This document shows, in pieces, positions 1-11,959 of a DNA stretch of 64,000 bases (within the stretch, counting starts at the first letter, position 1; every line of letters begins with the position of its first letter). The position numbers and the translations under genes were made by a program. The stretch comes from Somniosus microcephalus (taxonomy: Eukaryota). A model generated the notes under the pieces. That model ran no database searches. It was not told the DNA's origin and saw only the letters and a list, made by a program, of their open reading frames with translations. Location: the NCBI GenBank assembly GCA_052327205.1, contig CM126223.1, positions 66,712,001 to 66,776,000 on the forward strand. The letters are read 5' to 3'.

Positions 1-124
1 TGGGTTCTCCTTGCTGAGGAAAAGGGTGCTGCAGCATCAATGAACCTCCCCATTAAGTAGTGAGGAAAAAGCCTGTGGCAATCATGACTTGTCCTTTTTG
101 GCCTAGATGTTTTCTGGTCGCTTG

Positions 125-345
125 AACGCCGGTTGGGGAGGGCGGGGCGGGGCGGCTCGGGCGGCGCGTGGCCGGCAGCTGCGCAGTGCCGGGCGCTCCC
201 TGGGTGTCGGGGCGCGCGGCGCCCGGCGCGAGCACACGCACGCAGCGCCATTTTAACCGTCTCGGAGTCGCGCGGCTGGCGAGCGGGCGGAGAGAGCCGG
301 GCTGTCAGCGGCTGGATCACAGCAGAGCAACAACAGCCACAAATA
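125..345 (+). promoter_or_regulatory. MYO18A: CpG-island promoter of MYO18A with tandem GC boxes and a YY1-like motif
   Basis: Very GC/CpG-rich against an AT-rich background; GGGCGGGGCGGGGCGG (Sp/KLF boxes) at ~140-155; CGCCATTTT at 246-254; lies just upstream of a strong splice donor and 8 kb upstream of the MYO18A coding exon. Confidence 0.8.
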
Positions 346-370
346 ATGCACGCTGCTCCTGTTCCTCTCG
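200..370 (+). other. MYO18A: MYO18A non-coding first exon (start approximate)
   Basis: Donor CTCG|GTGAGT at 370/371 at the 3' edge of the CpG island; MYO18A has a non-coding exon 1 in mammals. Confidence 0.65.
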
Positions 371-598
371 GTGAGTACCTCACTCCCCTTTGCTTTTTAT
401 TCAGCTTCATCATCACTCACCCCCCTCCTCTCCGGCTTCGATCTTTTAGTTTTAACTCCGAGAGGTTTTTTTTGGGGGGGCATCATTAACATTCCTGAGT
501 GATTTTTTTTTAACATTTTATATATGTTGGCTTTCTTTTTTTTTGCGTGTGGAGGGAGGGAGTTTTCAGGAAGCGAATGCTAGGGAGGAAAAAAAAAC

Positions 599-627
<29 letters not shown>
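599..627. repeat. (CA)n microsatellite
   Basis: Perfect CA run. Confidence 0.95.
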
Positions 628-630
<3 letters not shown>

Positions 631-2924
631 AGACAGACACTGATGAAGCTCAGCTCTGCAAGGGAAATTAAAATTCTGTTTCAGTGAACGACGCATTTGA
701 CACACACAAAAAAATCCTCCTTTTGTGTTGAGTTTTCCCTATTGTGGCTGGAATGCGTCTATTGTGTTGCTAATTTCGATTGTAGGCCGAGCTCAGTACC
801 TACAGCTCTGGCCTACCTTACAGCTGGGAATGTGCATTTCGCAAGGTAAGAGGTACAAGTAGGGCTTACCTTTAAAGGTACAGTACGGCACACTACAGTA
901 GACGAGTATTGCAAGCAAATGCGACCGATTTCTGTTCAAGCTAAATTGTTGCAACATGTCTTTTTAATGTCCATACCAAAAATTGAGTTGCTTCAAAATT
1001 CATGGCAAATTTAACATATTGATGATACCTGCTTAAAACAAAAGTAGTTATATAAAATTAATTGTTTTCCAGCTATACCAAGACCCATCAATAATTTTTT
1101 TTACAAAATCGCAAAGAATGCTACTGAACTTTACCACCTCCCGAAGAGTGCTGTTAAATTACCCTGTGCTCGAGAATACCCTTTGTTGTTTTGGGAAAAC
1201 ATTGGCAACTATGGATCACCCCTTCAATTTTAAAAAAATCATGCATATAAGGAGCTTATTTATTTTCTCTCCGTACATTGTAGATGAATAACCAATTGCG
1301 TAAATTTTCTAGAAGATAGGTGTTATGTTTGTTTTGCCAAACATTTGAGAATTATATTATTGATTATAGTTCCTTGTACTATATATAACATTTGCAGCAT
1401 TTACTTTCCATTAATCTATTAAAGGCGCTATATAAATGTAAGTTGTCGTTGTTATAGTGATAGGAAAACTGGTTAAGACTGCTTAATAACTGTTCTGTTC
1501 ACAAATAGGTTAAGCTTGTACGTTACTGTTCAGCACCATCTAATAATGCCCAAAGCACTGAGGCAAGATTGCTCTCGGCTGCAATGTAAACTGATACTAA
1601 CAAAATAATTTGATAATATTTAGTTGGGTACCTAATTTGGTACTGTTTGCCCTACACTTTCGAACTGGTGTTCTTAACTGTTATAATTGCTTACAAATAT
1701 AGATTTGCGATTCCATATGCTTATTTATACAGCCATTGCTGAACTCTAGTTTTCACCACAGCAAAACTCCCTAATATACACTTGGGGGTGACGTTCCTCT
1801 TTTAATGATAAAGGGGGAGTACTTATTTTTCTTATAATTAATAACCACTAACAAAAATGGAAAAGTATAATTTCATTAGTGGGTTGTTAATTATGGGGAA
1901 AAAATAGGCGTCGGCAATTTTTTTTATTGTGGTCTTTTATCCCTTATGTTGTTGGGTTGCTATTTGACTAAAATATACTGACATTTTACTCTCTTTCTCA
2001 GTAAAACTTATGTTTATATACATATAAATTGCTTTTGTTGTTGCTTTACACCAGGATATTAGCAACATAAACGCTGCTAACAAAACAATTATTATTTAGT
2101 TAGAGAAATAAATTGGGGTTCATTTCTGTACCATTAAGGTTTGGGTGACTTTTTTTAGCGTTAAAGCTCCCTTTTGAAGTATATTGGTATATTAGTGTTG
2201 TGCAGTGACATAACTTGTTTAAAAAGGGGTTTAAAAAGTATGTTGTGATGGCACAGCAGATTGATGATCCAATATTAGTGTGAGATACCCGTGACTCCTT
2301 TAAACATAGGTTCCAGGTATTAGTTGTGGAGAAAGGGGAGTTCACAGGTGAGTTACATTTGACTGTTGCACATCTTTTGAGTAGCTGAATCAAGGTTGGA
2401 TTGACAGAGACTACTTATGTGCTGCATCCAGAAGACACTGGCGTGTGATATCACGTCTGGGAGTGTCAAAATGGAAAAAACAAATTTTGAAGAGCTACCG
2501 GACAATAAAGGAACTTGGAGAATTTTGTGTAGATCACAGAAGCTTTCATATTTTAAAATGGTATATGGCATAATATAGACCCTTAATAATTTTAAAACTC
2601 TCTCTTTCAAATCCCCAAATAGACTTTAAGAGTATGTTGAGCGTAGTTACGTAGCTTGTTTACTGTCAAGGTAAGTAAGCTGGGAATTTGCTGCTTTTCA
2701 GAAACGGTTTGAATAATTTCTGCATGTTCCCATTTCGTTAGCATTTTGTTGTTGCAACCATTTTAATTTGGTGAAGCAGGCAAATGGCATAATTCCAGAA
2801 CACATACAGAGCATTTGGAAAATGGTTACATTTTGAATACATTTCAAAAGCAATACAAATTTAGCTCTAATCTTAAGGATAATAACTTAAAAAAATTAAA
2901 ACATGGGTTTCTCAATAAGCAAAG

Positions 2925-4190
2925 CCAACAACAACAACTCACATTTATATACCGCCTTTAATGTAGTATAATGTCCCAAGGAGCGTCACAGGAGCGTTAT
3001 TAAACAAAATTTGACACTGAGCCACGTAAGGAGATATTAGGGCAGCTGAGGTAGGTTTTAAGGAGGGTAGAGAGGCGAGAGGTTTAGGGAGGGAATTCCA
3101 GAGCTTAGGGCCTTGGCAGCTGAAGGCACGGCCGTCAATGGTGGAATGATTAAAATCAGGGATGCTCAAGAGGCCAGAATTGGAGGAGCGCAGAGATCTC
3201 TTGGGCGCGTGGGTGGGAGGGCGGGTGGTGTGTAGGGCTGGAGGAGATTAGAGAGATAGGGAGGGGCAAGGCCACGGAGGGATTTGAAAGCAAGGATGAG
3301 AATTTTAAAATCGAGGCGTTGCTTAACCAGGAGACAATGTAGGTCAGCGAGCACAGGGGTGATGGGCGAATGGAACTTGGTGCAAGTTAGGACATGGGCA
3401 GCAGAATTTTGGATGACCTCAAGTTTACGGAGGGCAGAATGTGGGAGGCTGGCCAGGAGTGCGTTGGAATAGTCAAGTCTAGAGGTAACAAAGGCAGGTT
3501 TCAGCAGCAGATGAGCTGGGGGGAGTCGGGCGATGTTACGGAGGTGGAAATAGGTGTTTAGTGATGGTGCGAATATGTGGTTGGAAACTCATCTCTGTGT
3601 CAAATATGACATCAAGGTTGTGAACAGTCTGGTTCAGTCTTAGACAGTTGCCAGGGAGAGGGATAGATTCGGTGGCTAGGGAATGGAGTTTGTGGCGGGG
3701 ACCGAAGACAATGGCTTCGGTCGTCCCAATATTCAGTTGGAGGAAATTTCTGCTCATCCAGCACTGGATGTCGGACAAGTAGTGTGTCAATTTAGAGACA
3801 GTGGAGGGGCCGAGAGAGGTGGTGGTGAGGTAGAGCTGGGTGTCGTCAGCATACATGTGAAACCTGATGCTCTGTTTTCAGATGATGTTGCAGAGGGGCA
3901 GCATGTTGATGAGAAATCGGCGGGGGCCAAGGATAGATCCTTGGGGGGGATACCAGAGGTAATGGGATGGGAGCGGGAAGTGAAGCCGTTGCAGGTAATT
4001 CTCTGGCTATGATTAGATAGATAAGAATGGAACAAGGTGAGCACAGTACCATCCAGCTGGACGACGGTGGCGAGGTGTTGGAAGAAGATGGTGTGGGCAA
4101 CTGTGTCAAAGGCTGCAGACAGTTCAAGAAGGGCCAGGAGAAATAGTTTACCTTTGTCACTGTCACATAGGATGTCATTAAGCTCTGAGA
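2925..4190 (-). mobile_element. L2-clade LINE, 5'-truncated and frameshifted
   Basis: Minus-strand ORF pieces with LSAAFDTVAH, MYADDTQLY, LHCLLVKQRLDFKIL and GRAFSCQGPKLWNSLP; (TTG)n tail at ~2925-2940. Confidence 0.9.
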
Positions 4191-5964
4191 TGGAGTCAGG
4201 ACCAAGCTGTGGGCACCAACAGGCATTTTTATTTTTGTACAACTTTATGAAGGTTGAGAGAGTACACAGAGAGAGTAAATTAAATATTTGGTTTAAAGTA
4301 AAAATCACTTTTTTTTTTATATTACTGGAAACTGATCAGTAATATGTACTGATTTCTGTTGTGCTGAATTTACCACACGTACTGTGGAATGGATTCAGAA
4401 GCAATAGGAACCTGTGCATTTAGATTTTCAGGACGATGTCAATATGATTTAACGTGTAATCACATTTATGATTTTGCTGCTCTGGTTGTGGACTTAGCCC
4501 GAGGTTGGGGAAGGGAGTGTAGAGGCCATCATTGCTGGTCTGTAAGGTGAGCCAACCATACAGCATAGCCAGGGGCATAAACAAAAATGGTGGAGCTAAA
4601 TAACGTGCTGCTGCATATACTGTTTGTTTGTTGCTGGACATTTGGGTTGTAGATGGTGAAGAAATTGTAACTGCCTCGGATGCAAAAATGTTGGCATGTT
4701 TATATGTGAGATTGCTGCTGACGTAGATAACGCTGTTGTATAAAGTGGGGAAAAGAATTATGCATTTGGTGTAAAACCGAAACACTGTGAGCATACCTCC
4801 CTGACACCAGTTTGGCTGTAGCTTCGCTTTGAATTTTGCATCTATGTGAAACTGAAACTTGCAGCAATGCAAAATATGTAATGTAAATGGAATCTTTTTA
4901 ATTGTTGACGGTCTTTAATGTCAGAATTTGTGCATTAGCCTGTGCAAAATGGGTGCAAGGGTTTCCTATTTCCCAAGTAAAATTAGATCTAGGTTACAGT
5001 CAAAATTTATTACTTGCAATTTTTCAAGCTGTAACATAAACTGTTGTCTTTTAGGTTCCAGAAATGGTCTTGCGGGAAGAATTCCCCTTTGCTGTTTATA
5101 TTGAAGTTATCATATGTTCTTCATGTGTGTACAATTTTACAATGAAATCATCAGGAATAGAAATTTCCCCCAGTGTGTAATACTACCATTTATTTTTAAA
5201 TATTGCAAGACTTCCTGCCAGTTCTATAACTCTCAGGTCATTTTTAAGACTATCGACTGTCAATTCTGTTGTACAAATATAATCTGAAGTTAGTGAAGTT
5301 TGTATTATTGTGAAGCATGTAAGTTGCACTAATTACAACCTGCCATAGTTACACTTAAGTCTTGATTTAGTTTTAAAAATCTATTGTGAAGATTTTCAAT
5401 TATTGTTCCTGAAAGATGACCTGATAATAGGTTAAGTAGACCAAATAATACTGTACATTGATAAAAATTGTACTGCCAGTTTAGCGGGGAAATGACCTTT
5501 CAGCATCTGGATTATTGTGCATCAGAATGGGATAATACCCTTAATGAATGTCACCAGGCCACTTTTTAAAAGAAAATATATAAACTTATAATTAACATTC
5601 TTTTGATCTCTCCATTTTGCTGCATTCATTTTTTTTGTTGATCATGTAATTAGCGATACTAGCTTCGGAGCTGCTGAGCCTTGGAGTGTGAAGGATTTGA
5701 CACAAGATACACGGTTGATGCTATATCATGTTTGCATTTATTGATGCACTCAACTGCTATTTATTCGTTAATTCCTTTTAAAGATGATTATTGCTGTCAG
5801 CAGTCGTTGCTGTAAACAAATAATATATTAAAACTGATATTAGCATTTTAAATGTATAATTATCCTGTAATTCCTTTTCAAAAGGACAGCAGTGCTCCCT
5901 TTTTTCTCATTTAGTTTTCTCACATCCTTTTCTGAATTTTCTTGACTCAGAAGATCACAAAATA

Positions 5965-7830
5965 ATTATGAATGAGGAAGGCCATTAGGCCTATTTTAGT
6001 TCATTCATCCAGAGAGCGCCTAATGGGCTGTATTTTGCGACCCCTACGGGTGCCGGGTGTGTGCGAGGTGTGTACGTGCCTGTAGGAGCCGCGCAAGTTC
6101 CGGGTTTAGGCATGCGAAGCACATGCGCTAAAACCCGGAACTTGCGATCTGTCAGAATTCTCTTGACAGGTGATCCGCATCCGCGAGAGATGGGTCTCAG
6201 CGGGTGGAGAGTTGCGCTATTTGCCCAACTTCTGCCCGTCAAATTCTTATGCCTGGTAAAAGCAGGCGTAAGGCCTGCTTTTACCAGCATAAGAGTTTTA
6301 AAAAATAGAAAAATAAAATAAAAAACCCTGTCCTATAAGGCATTTTAATTAATGTTAAAATAAAATTTTTTAAATTACATATTTATGTGTTCATGTATTT
6401 TTTAAGCGATCTCCACTCATACTTATGGGAGTTCCGTACGTACGGAACTCCCATAAGTATGAATGGGGATTCCCTTTTATTGGTTGGGCCGGCCCATGTG
6501 ATCCCAGGGGCGCTTGCAACAGAATGCGCCACTGGGATACGTGGGCCTCTGCCTGTGTGTACCTGGAGAGGCCCAGGATCACAAGCCTCCGTATCTCCCG
6601 GGCCCCCAGGTAAATGCGTAGATATTTTACAGGTCGGAGGCATCCGCCTGTGAGAAACCTCCGATCGCAAATGCTGGGCCAATATCTCCCATTCCAATAT
6701 CCCATATCCAGCTGTTTCTTAAATAATTCCAAGGTTTTTGCCGCCATTGCACTATCTGAAAGTTTATTCCAATCCTTCATCACTCTTGTATGAAGAAGAA
6801 TTTCCTGATATCTGTCCTAAATTTGCCTTTTACTAGTTTGAATCTACATCCCCTAGTAGTTCTTCTCAGTTTAATTTTAAGTTATATTCCAGGTTAACTT
6901 TTTCTTTACCGTTTTGTAATAATCTTTTATACCTCTAAGATCATCTCTCAGACATCTCCTTTCTAGGCTGAAAAGCCCAAGCCCCTCCAGTCTTTTCTCA
7001 TAACTAGGACTCCCCTCCCACCCACCCCCACACCCCTCTCCCCACCCTATCCCCCCCCTGCACCGCCCCCCCCCCCCCCCCCAACCATACTTGGGCTCAA
7101 TCTAGTTTCTTGGCAACCAGTACAGGATGCAGTATGAAGAATGTAGTTTGACTGGAGCAGTATAAAGTTTGATCATTACCTCCTTTGACTTGTATTCTGC
7201 TATTTTTGCAGTGTAGTTTAACATCCTGTTGGCTTTGTTGATCTGCATTGGTTGGATATGTTTAGCATCTAATTTACTAAGACTCTCAAGTCTCTGCCCG
7301 GTTCATTTTTGGCTATTTTTAGCATCATCCGTGATGTATGCATGTGACTACATTTGTCTTCCTATATAGTACTTTACACTTGTCTGCATTAAATTTCATC
7401 TGCTATTGTTCTGGCCGTTTACATATTTTGTTCAACACATTCTGAAATTTCAGAGCTGATTCCACTGCCCCTTCTGCTTTGGTATTGTGCAAACTTGGCC
7501 TCTTTGCATTGAGTTTTTGAATCCAAGTCACAAGTAAATTAGAAACCGCACTGAGTCCTGAGGCTCCCCCTAGGTGCTTCTCTTCCCTGCCCCCTCTTCT
7601 CCATTTAGACATAACTCCCCTAATAAATACTTTGTTTCCTACCCTTCAGCCAGTTTCTTATCCATTCTGAATCCCCACAGCTTTGAGTTTAATGTGTGGA
7701 ATTTTATCAAAAGCCCTTTGGAAGTTGAGGTACACAATATCATAGGACTCACCACAATTTGCTTGGGTTGTCACTTCCTCAAAGGAGTCTAGGAGATTGG
7801 TCAGGCAGGATCTTCCCTTTCATGTTTATG
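5965..7830 (-). mobile_element. Degraded CR1 LINE, interrupted near its 3' end by a MITE
   Basis: Minus-strand CR1 3' coding remnants (WNKLSDSAMAAKTLELFKKQLD) and RT remnants to ~7830. Confidence 0.7.
6025..6680. mobile_element. Hairpin-rich non-autonomous DNA transposon (MITE), PIF/Harbinger-like
   Basis: AAT on both flanks (6022-6024, 6681-6683); imperfect 16-bp TIR GGGCTGTATTTTGCGA / TCGCAAATGCTGGGCC; three internal palindromes. Confidence 0.8.
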
Positions 7831-7849
7831 TATGGTTTTACAGATGCCA

Positions 7850-8180
7850 CTTCCTGTTGGTACCCCACCCAAGTGGCCATTCTCCAAGTGTGAGCATAGA
7901 TGGTGAATTCATCAACTGTGGGGAACTATCACAGCCAAGCCCAATCCACTCCTCACTTGGCATCCACATATGCATCTTTTTCATTCGGGTTTATTGAGGA
8001 TGATAATTGAGGGAGACTTGGCCATAGCTCAGGAACACTGGCCAATTGTAGCAGTTCCACCAGTAACCTGCCTAAGATCAGTTAACTCTGCACAGATCAG
8101 GAATTGAATTTGGGACCTTTCTGGCCTATACGACTCAATTCTGTACTGACTAGCAAGTTACCAAATTAGCTATTTGGGAA
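7850..8180 (-). mobile_element. Old tRNA-derived SINE (LF-SINE-like; family uncertain)
   Basis: Minus strand reads GGTCCCAAATTCAATTCC (B-box-like) then TGTGCAGAGTTAACTGATCTTAG...TACAATTGGCC; family resemblance from memory only. Confidence 0.45.
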
Positions 8181-8539
8181 GTTATTATGGTGCATCTGGA
8201 TACATATTCATTTTTGTTATTTATGCAATTATACTATCCATAATTGCAGCGATGTGGATAAATTTAGAAGATATTTCCTATGTGAACTAGCAAATAGAAA
8301 AATGTAGTTTTAGAAAAATAAAAATTGAATTGCGTACTGAACAGTTTACAGTTACATTTGTATTTCTGTTGTAACTATCATTTTGATTTCATTTCAGACA
8401 CACAACATTACATCTGGTCGTACCTGATTAAGAAGAAACGTGACTTGCCCCTGATTGCATCTGGACCATTAAAAGATTCTGTCTTTATTAATTATTTTTT
8501 CACTCTTTAATAATTTGCACACAAAAGCAAACATTGAAA

Positions 8540-9550
8540 ATGTTTAACTTAATCAAAAAAGACAAAGATAAAAAGGAGAAGAAAGAAAAGAAGGAAAAGC
8601 GGGAGAAAATGTCTGTAGCAGAATTGAAAAGTCTCGAGGAAGTTGGTCTTCGTCGTGGGCTCTTTAGTTTGAATCGATCTTCAAAGCGGGAATCAAAGAC
8701 TAAATTGGAAATTTCAGCCCCTATCCCAATAAAAGTAGCTAGTAGTTCGGATCTCAATCTTACTGATATTGATTCAGACACTATTAGTAACAGAGGAAGC
8801 ATGATCTTTGATTCCGAGCAGTTGAGTACTGCCAGTTCCAGTGATGACCTCAAAATAGATGACTGTAGTTTGAAGGGATCAGTACTTCAGCGAGCAGCTC
8901 TGTTTGGCTCTCTTGCTAAACAGAATTCAGTCCAACTAGTGAAGAGGTTCTCTTTTTCACAAAAGAGTCGAGAAGAGACAACATCAGAAGTGTCGACTCC
9001 ATCAGAAAATTCTGCTACTCCTTCACCACAAGTAGAAATGAGAAATGAAGGCCTACTACTTGAGTACCTAGAAGAAGTGCCGAGAAATGTGTCAAATACA
9101 GTATTAATGGCAAGTCCTGATATTCAGATTCCAGAAGTTGTGGATAAAAGTTTTGCTGCTGATCTACGGCTTCCGCCTGTGGTACCACCTTTGCCTACAG
9201 AACCTAGAGAGCTTGTATTGCAGAGAAGAAATACAGGAGACTTTGGGTTCTCTTTGCGGAGAACAACCATGCTGGACAGAGGACCTGATGGACAAGTATA
9301 CCGCAGGATGGTTCATTTTGCAGAGCCTGGGGCTGGTACTAAAGATCTAGCATTGGGTCTGGTGCCTGGCGACAGACTGGTGGAAATTAACAGTAAGAAT
9401 GTTGAAAATAAATCACGGGATGAGATAGTTGAGATGATCCGTCAATCTGGGGACACCGTGAGATTGAAAGTGCAGCCAATCCTTGAGTTGAGTGAGCTCA
9501 GCAGATCTTGGTTGAGAAACCATAAAGGGATGCGCAGAGATGCTTTTGGC
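8540..9550 (+). CDS. MYO18A: Unconventional myosin-XVIIIa, first coding exon (KE-rich N-terminus, actin-binding segment, PDZ domain); exon spans 8398-9550
   Basis: [34 protein letters not shown]...KGSVLQRAA...[19 protein letters not shown]...[26 protein letters not shown]...[18 protein letters not shown] closely matches the MYO18A N-terminus; acceptor TTTCATTTCAG| at 8397/8398; donor GGC|GTAAGT at 9550/9551; 1011 nt = 337 codons, phase 0. Confidence 0.97.
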
Positions 9551-10546
9551 GTAAGTATAAAAACATTTTTTCAATCTCGTCTTGATTCTATCCAGCCTTC
9601 AGCTTTGGAACTGTAGTCTTGTAGCTCCAAACCACTGGAGGGAATTCTACTTTTCAGACCTTATCAAATCGGAGGTCCTGCTAAATGATAATTCTCAGAT
9701 CTTTATCTAGCAAGAATCTGACATTCCACAATTGAGAAACTGATTTACTTATTACTGAACCGCAATCTTTTAAGATTTGTCATTGTGCAGTGGGATTATA
9801 TATCAATGGTATAAAGCATTTTTTTGGGTATGGATCTTAGAGATTGTATTTAAGTGGTTTCTATGATCAAAATTGTACATGTTAAAAATGATGTGGTACC
9901 TGAAGCCGTTCTACCCTCAGGAGCTTGGCTGGCAAACTCAATTTTTCTTTTGTTATGGTTGTCAATAATTATAATTAGTGACAACTAGAATATTAAAAAC
10001 TGGGGTTTGCATTTAAGCTAACACTGGAGTGCTTCATAGTATTTACATAGATCTGTGTTCCTTTTCAACCAACCCCTATTGGTATTAGCATTACTGAATA
10101 ATGCAAGATTTATGAAAATGCAGCAATATAATTGTTTTGGAAAATTAAGTAGCATTTTATATTTAACTTTGACGCAGCTCTGTGTTGCCATCTTTAAAAT
10201 TCCATGGCCTTTCACGTTGTGCCGTGTTTAATGGTTCATTTACTTTAGGTGCAGTGAAACATGGGGGGGTGAAATTGGTCTTGGTCAGTAGCGCTAAACA
10301 GGCGACAGTGTTTTAAATGGTGCCCGATTTTCTTATCCATTTGACTTTAATGGAAAAGAAAATTGGACTAAAGGACACGATTTCAGGTTTATTGTACTTC
10401 TGAATTGTGTGTGCGTGTGCGAAATAATGTGTGTGTAGTTTTTTGTATTGTGGTTTTATTTTACCTGTAGCTATTGTTGCAATCCTGCTGGGGGAAAAAA
10501 GTGCTTTACTTCACTAGTTAACTCTGAATTTCAATGCCAAAACACA

Positions 10547-10812
10547 GGGGTGGAATTTCCTGTATATTTGTGTCCAGAGATGCAAGTAATTGGGGTGCAA
10601 GGCAAATATCTTGCAAAAAAGATCGAAGAAACTCAGGTGCACATAATTATCCTACACCTGAATTTCCTCGTTCTTTTGCGCTCGTCTATTGATCCCTGCA
10701 CCTGAACATGTTTCAGCTCATTATAATGGCACCCCCCCACCCCCGGCTTGAGAGCTGTACACGCAAATTCCCTGCAATTACGCTGGTTCAAAGCAGGTGT
10801 AAAATTAAGCCC
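10547..10812. mobile_element. Old MITE with GG-starting TIRs
   Basis: GGGGTGGAATTT ... AAATTAAGCCC termini; internal inverted remnants. Confidence 0.5.
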
Positions 10813-10992
10813 AGAATTTTAGATGCAGCAAACAACAAAGTAATTTTTCTGGTGTTTCATTATGATTTTTATTTTTTTTTTGGAGCAATTTAAAAAGTAA
10901 ATATCCTCAGATCTGCACTGTGTTTCCTATTAATGCATTTAATGGCCTCAGTATAAGCCATATTAAAAATTGAAATGCTTTTGTGATTGCAT

Positions 10993-11502
10993 GGCCTTGA
11001 ATTTCCTCTGATTTTTGTGTTTCTGCCCAGACACATGTAGTCTGGGTGCAAACCAAATATGTGGCGTAAAAGATTGTGGAATCTTTTGCGGCTGTCTATC
11101 GATTCCTCCGCCCAAACACATCTCTACCCGTGAAACTGGCCACACTCCCAATTGCGCTTGCTCAGAGAATTTCTTAAAATTACGACCAGATTTTCAGGCG
11201 CATCAGGAAACAGTCATTTTTCTGGTGTTTTATTGAAATGTTCTGAGCGCTTTTTAAAATGTATCCTCACTTGAGTTAAGTAATGTTTAAAAAAATTGAA
11301 AAGCTTCCTCGATTGCAGGTTCCTAAACATGCTATATCTAATGTGAATGAATGATGGTTAAATGAGTTGAAATTACGTTCAGGCGTATTCTAATGAGATT
11401 GACAGGCAATTTGCACGTAATATGACTGGCAGAATGGGCATGGTAATGGGGGCATTTTTGGGTCTAACTTCCAGGTTGCACCAACAGAGAAAATTCCAGG
11501 CC
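10993..11502. mobile_element. Old MITE, PIF/Harbinger-like
   Basis: TIR GGCCTTGAATTT(C)CTCTG / CAGAGAAAATTCCAGGCC. Confidence 0.65.
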
Positions 11503-11959
11503 AACATATTGTGCATGAATGATGGTTAGATGGCTTGAAACTTCAATTTTCATACTTAAGGGAGGAATATATGGTGTGAGTTTAGCGCTTTCCTCAGGGC
11601 CCGGATTCTTTACGTTGATTAAAGCTTTGTTTGCACCCATTTGTATGTTAATGAGATTATCAGGAAATTTAGGTGTAAGTAGACATCGGCAAAATTGGCG
11701 CATGAATGGGTGCAATTTCAGGTATCATTTCCCAATTACGTCACCACAGAAAATTCCACTCCTATATGACCAACATGATTAATTAACCAGCATGTTTGTT
11801 CCCTCTCTAATATACAAAATATCAAAACAATAAATATAACTAAAGGTATATTTACAAACCAAGTAGTACACAAGTTTATTTTCTCTTTTATTATATGTAT
11901 AGAATTTGGGGTAAATGCATTAGATGTGTAAAGGGATGTTGCTACCTTCTGTACAGTTA

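Noticed and set aside
53-489. Three ORFs (62-118 aa) over the CpG island
   Set aside because: Low-complexity G/A/R/P translations expected from GC-rich promoter DNA; no recognisable domain
640-670. CTGATGA...GAAA hammerhead-like motif
   Set aside because: No helix II closing onto GAAA and no helix I or III
5991-6783. Overlapping ORFs on both strands with mirrored peptides
   Set aside because: Artefact of palindromic MITE DNA
8534-9616. 360-aa ORF taken as a complete single-exon protein
   Set aside because: Starts at a TTG upstream of the true ATG (8540) and runs past the donor at 9550; the tail VSIKTFF... is intronic
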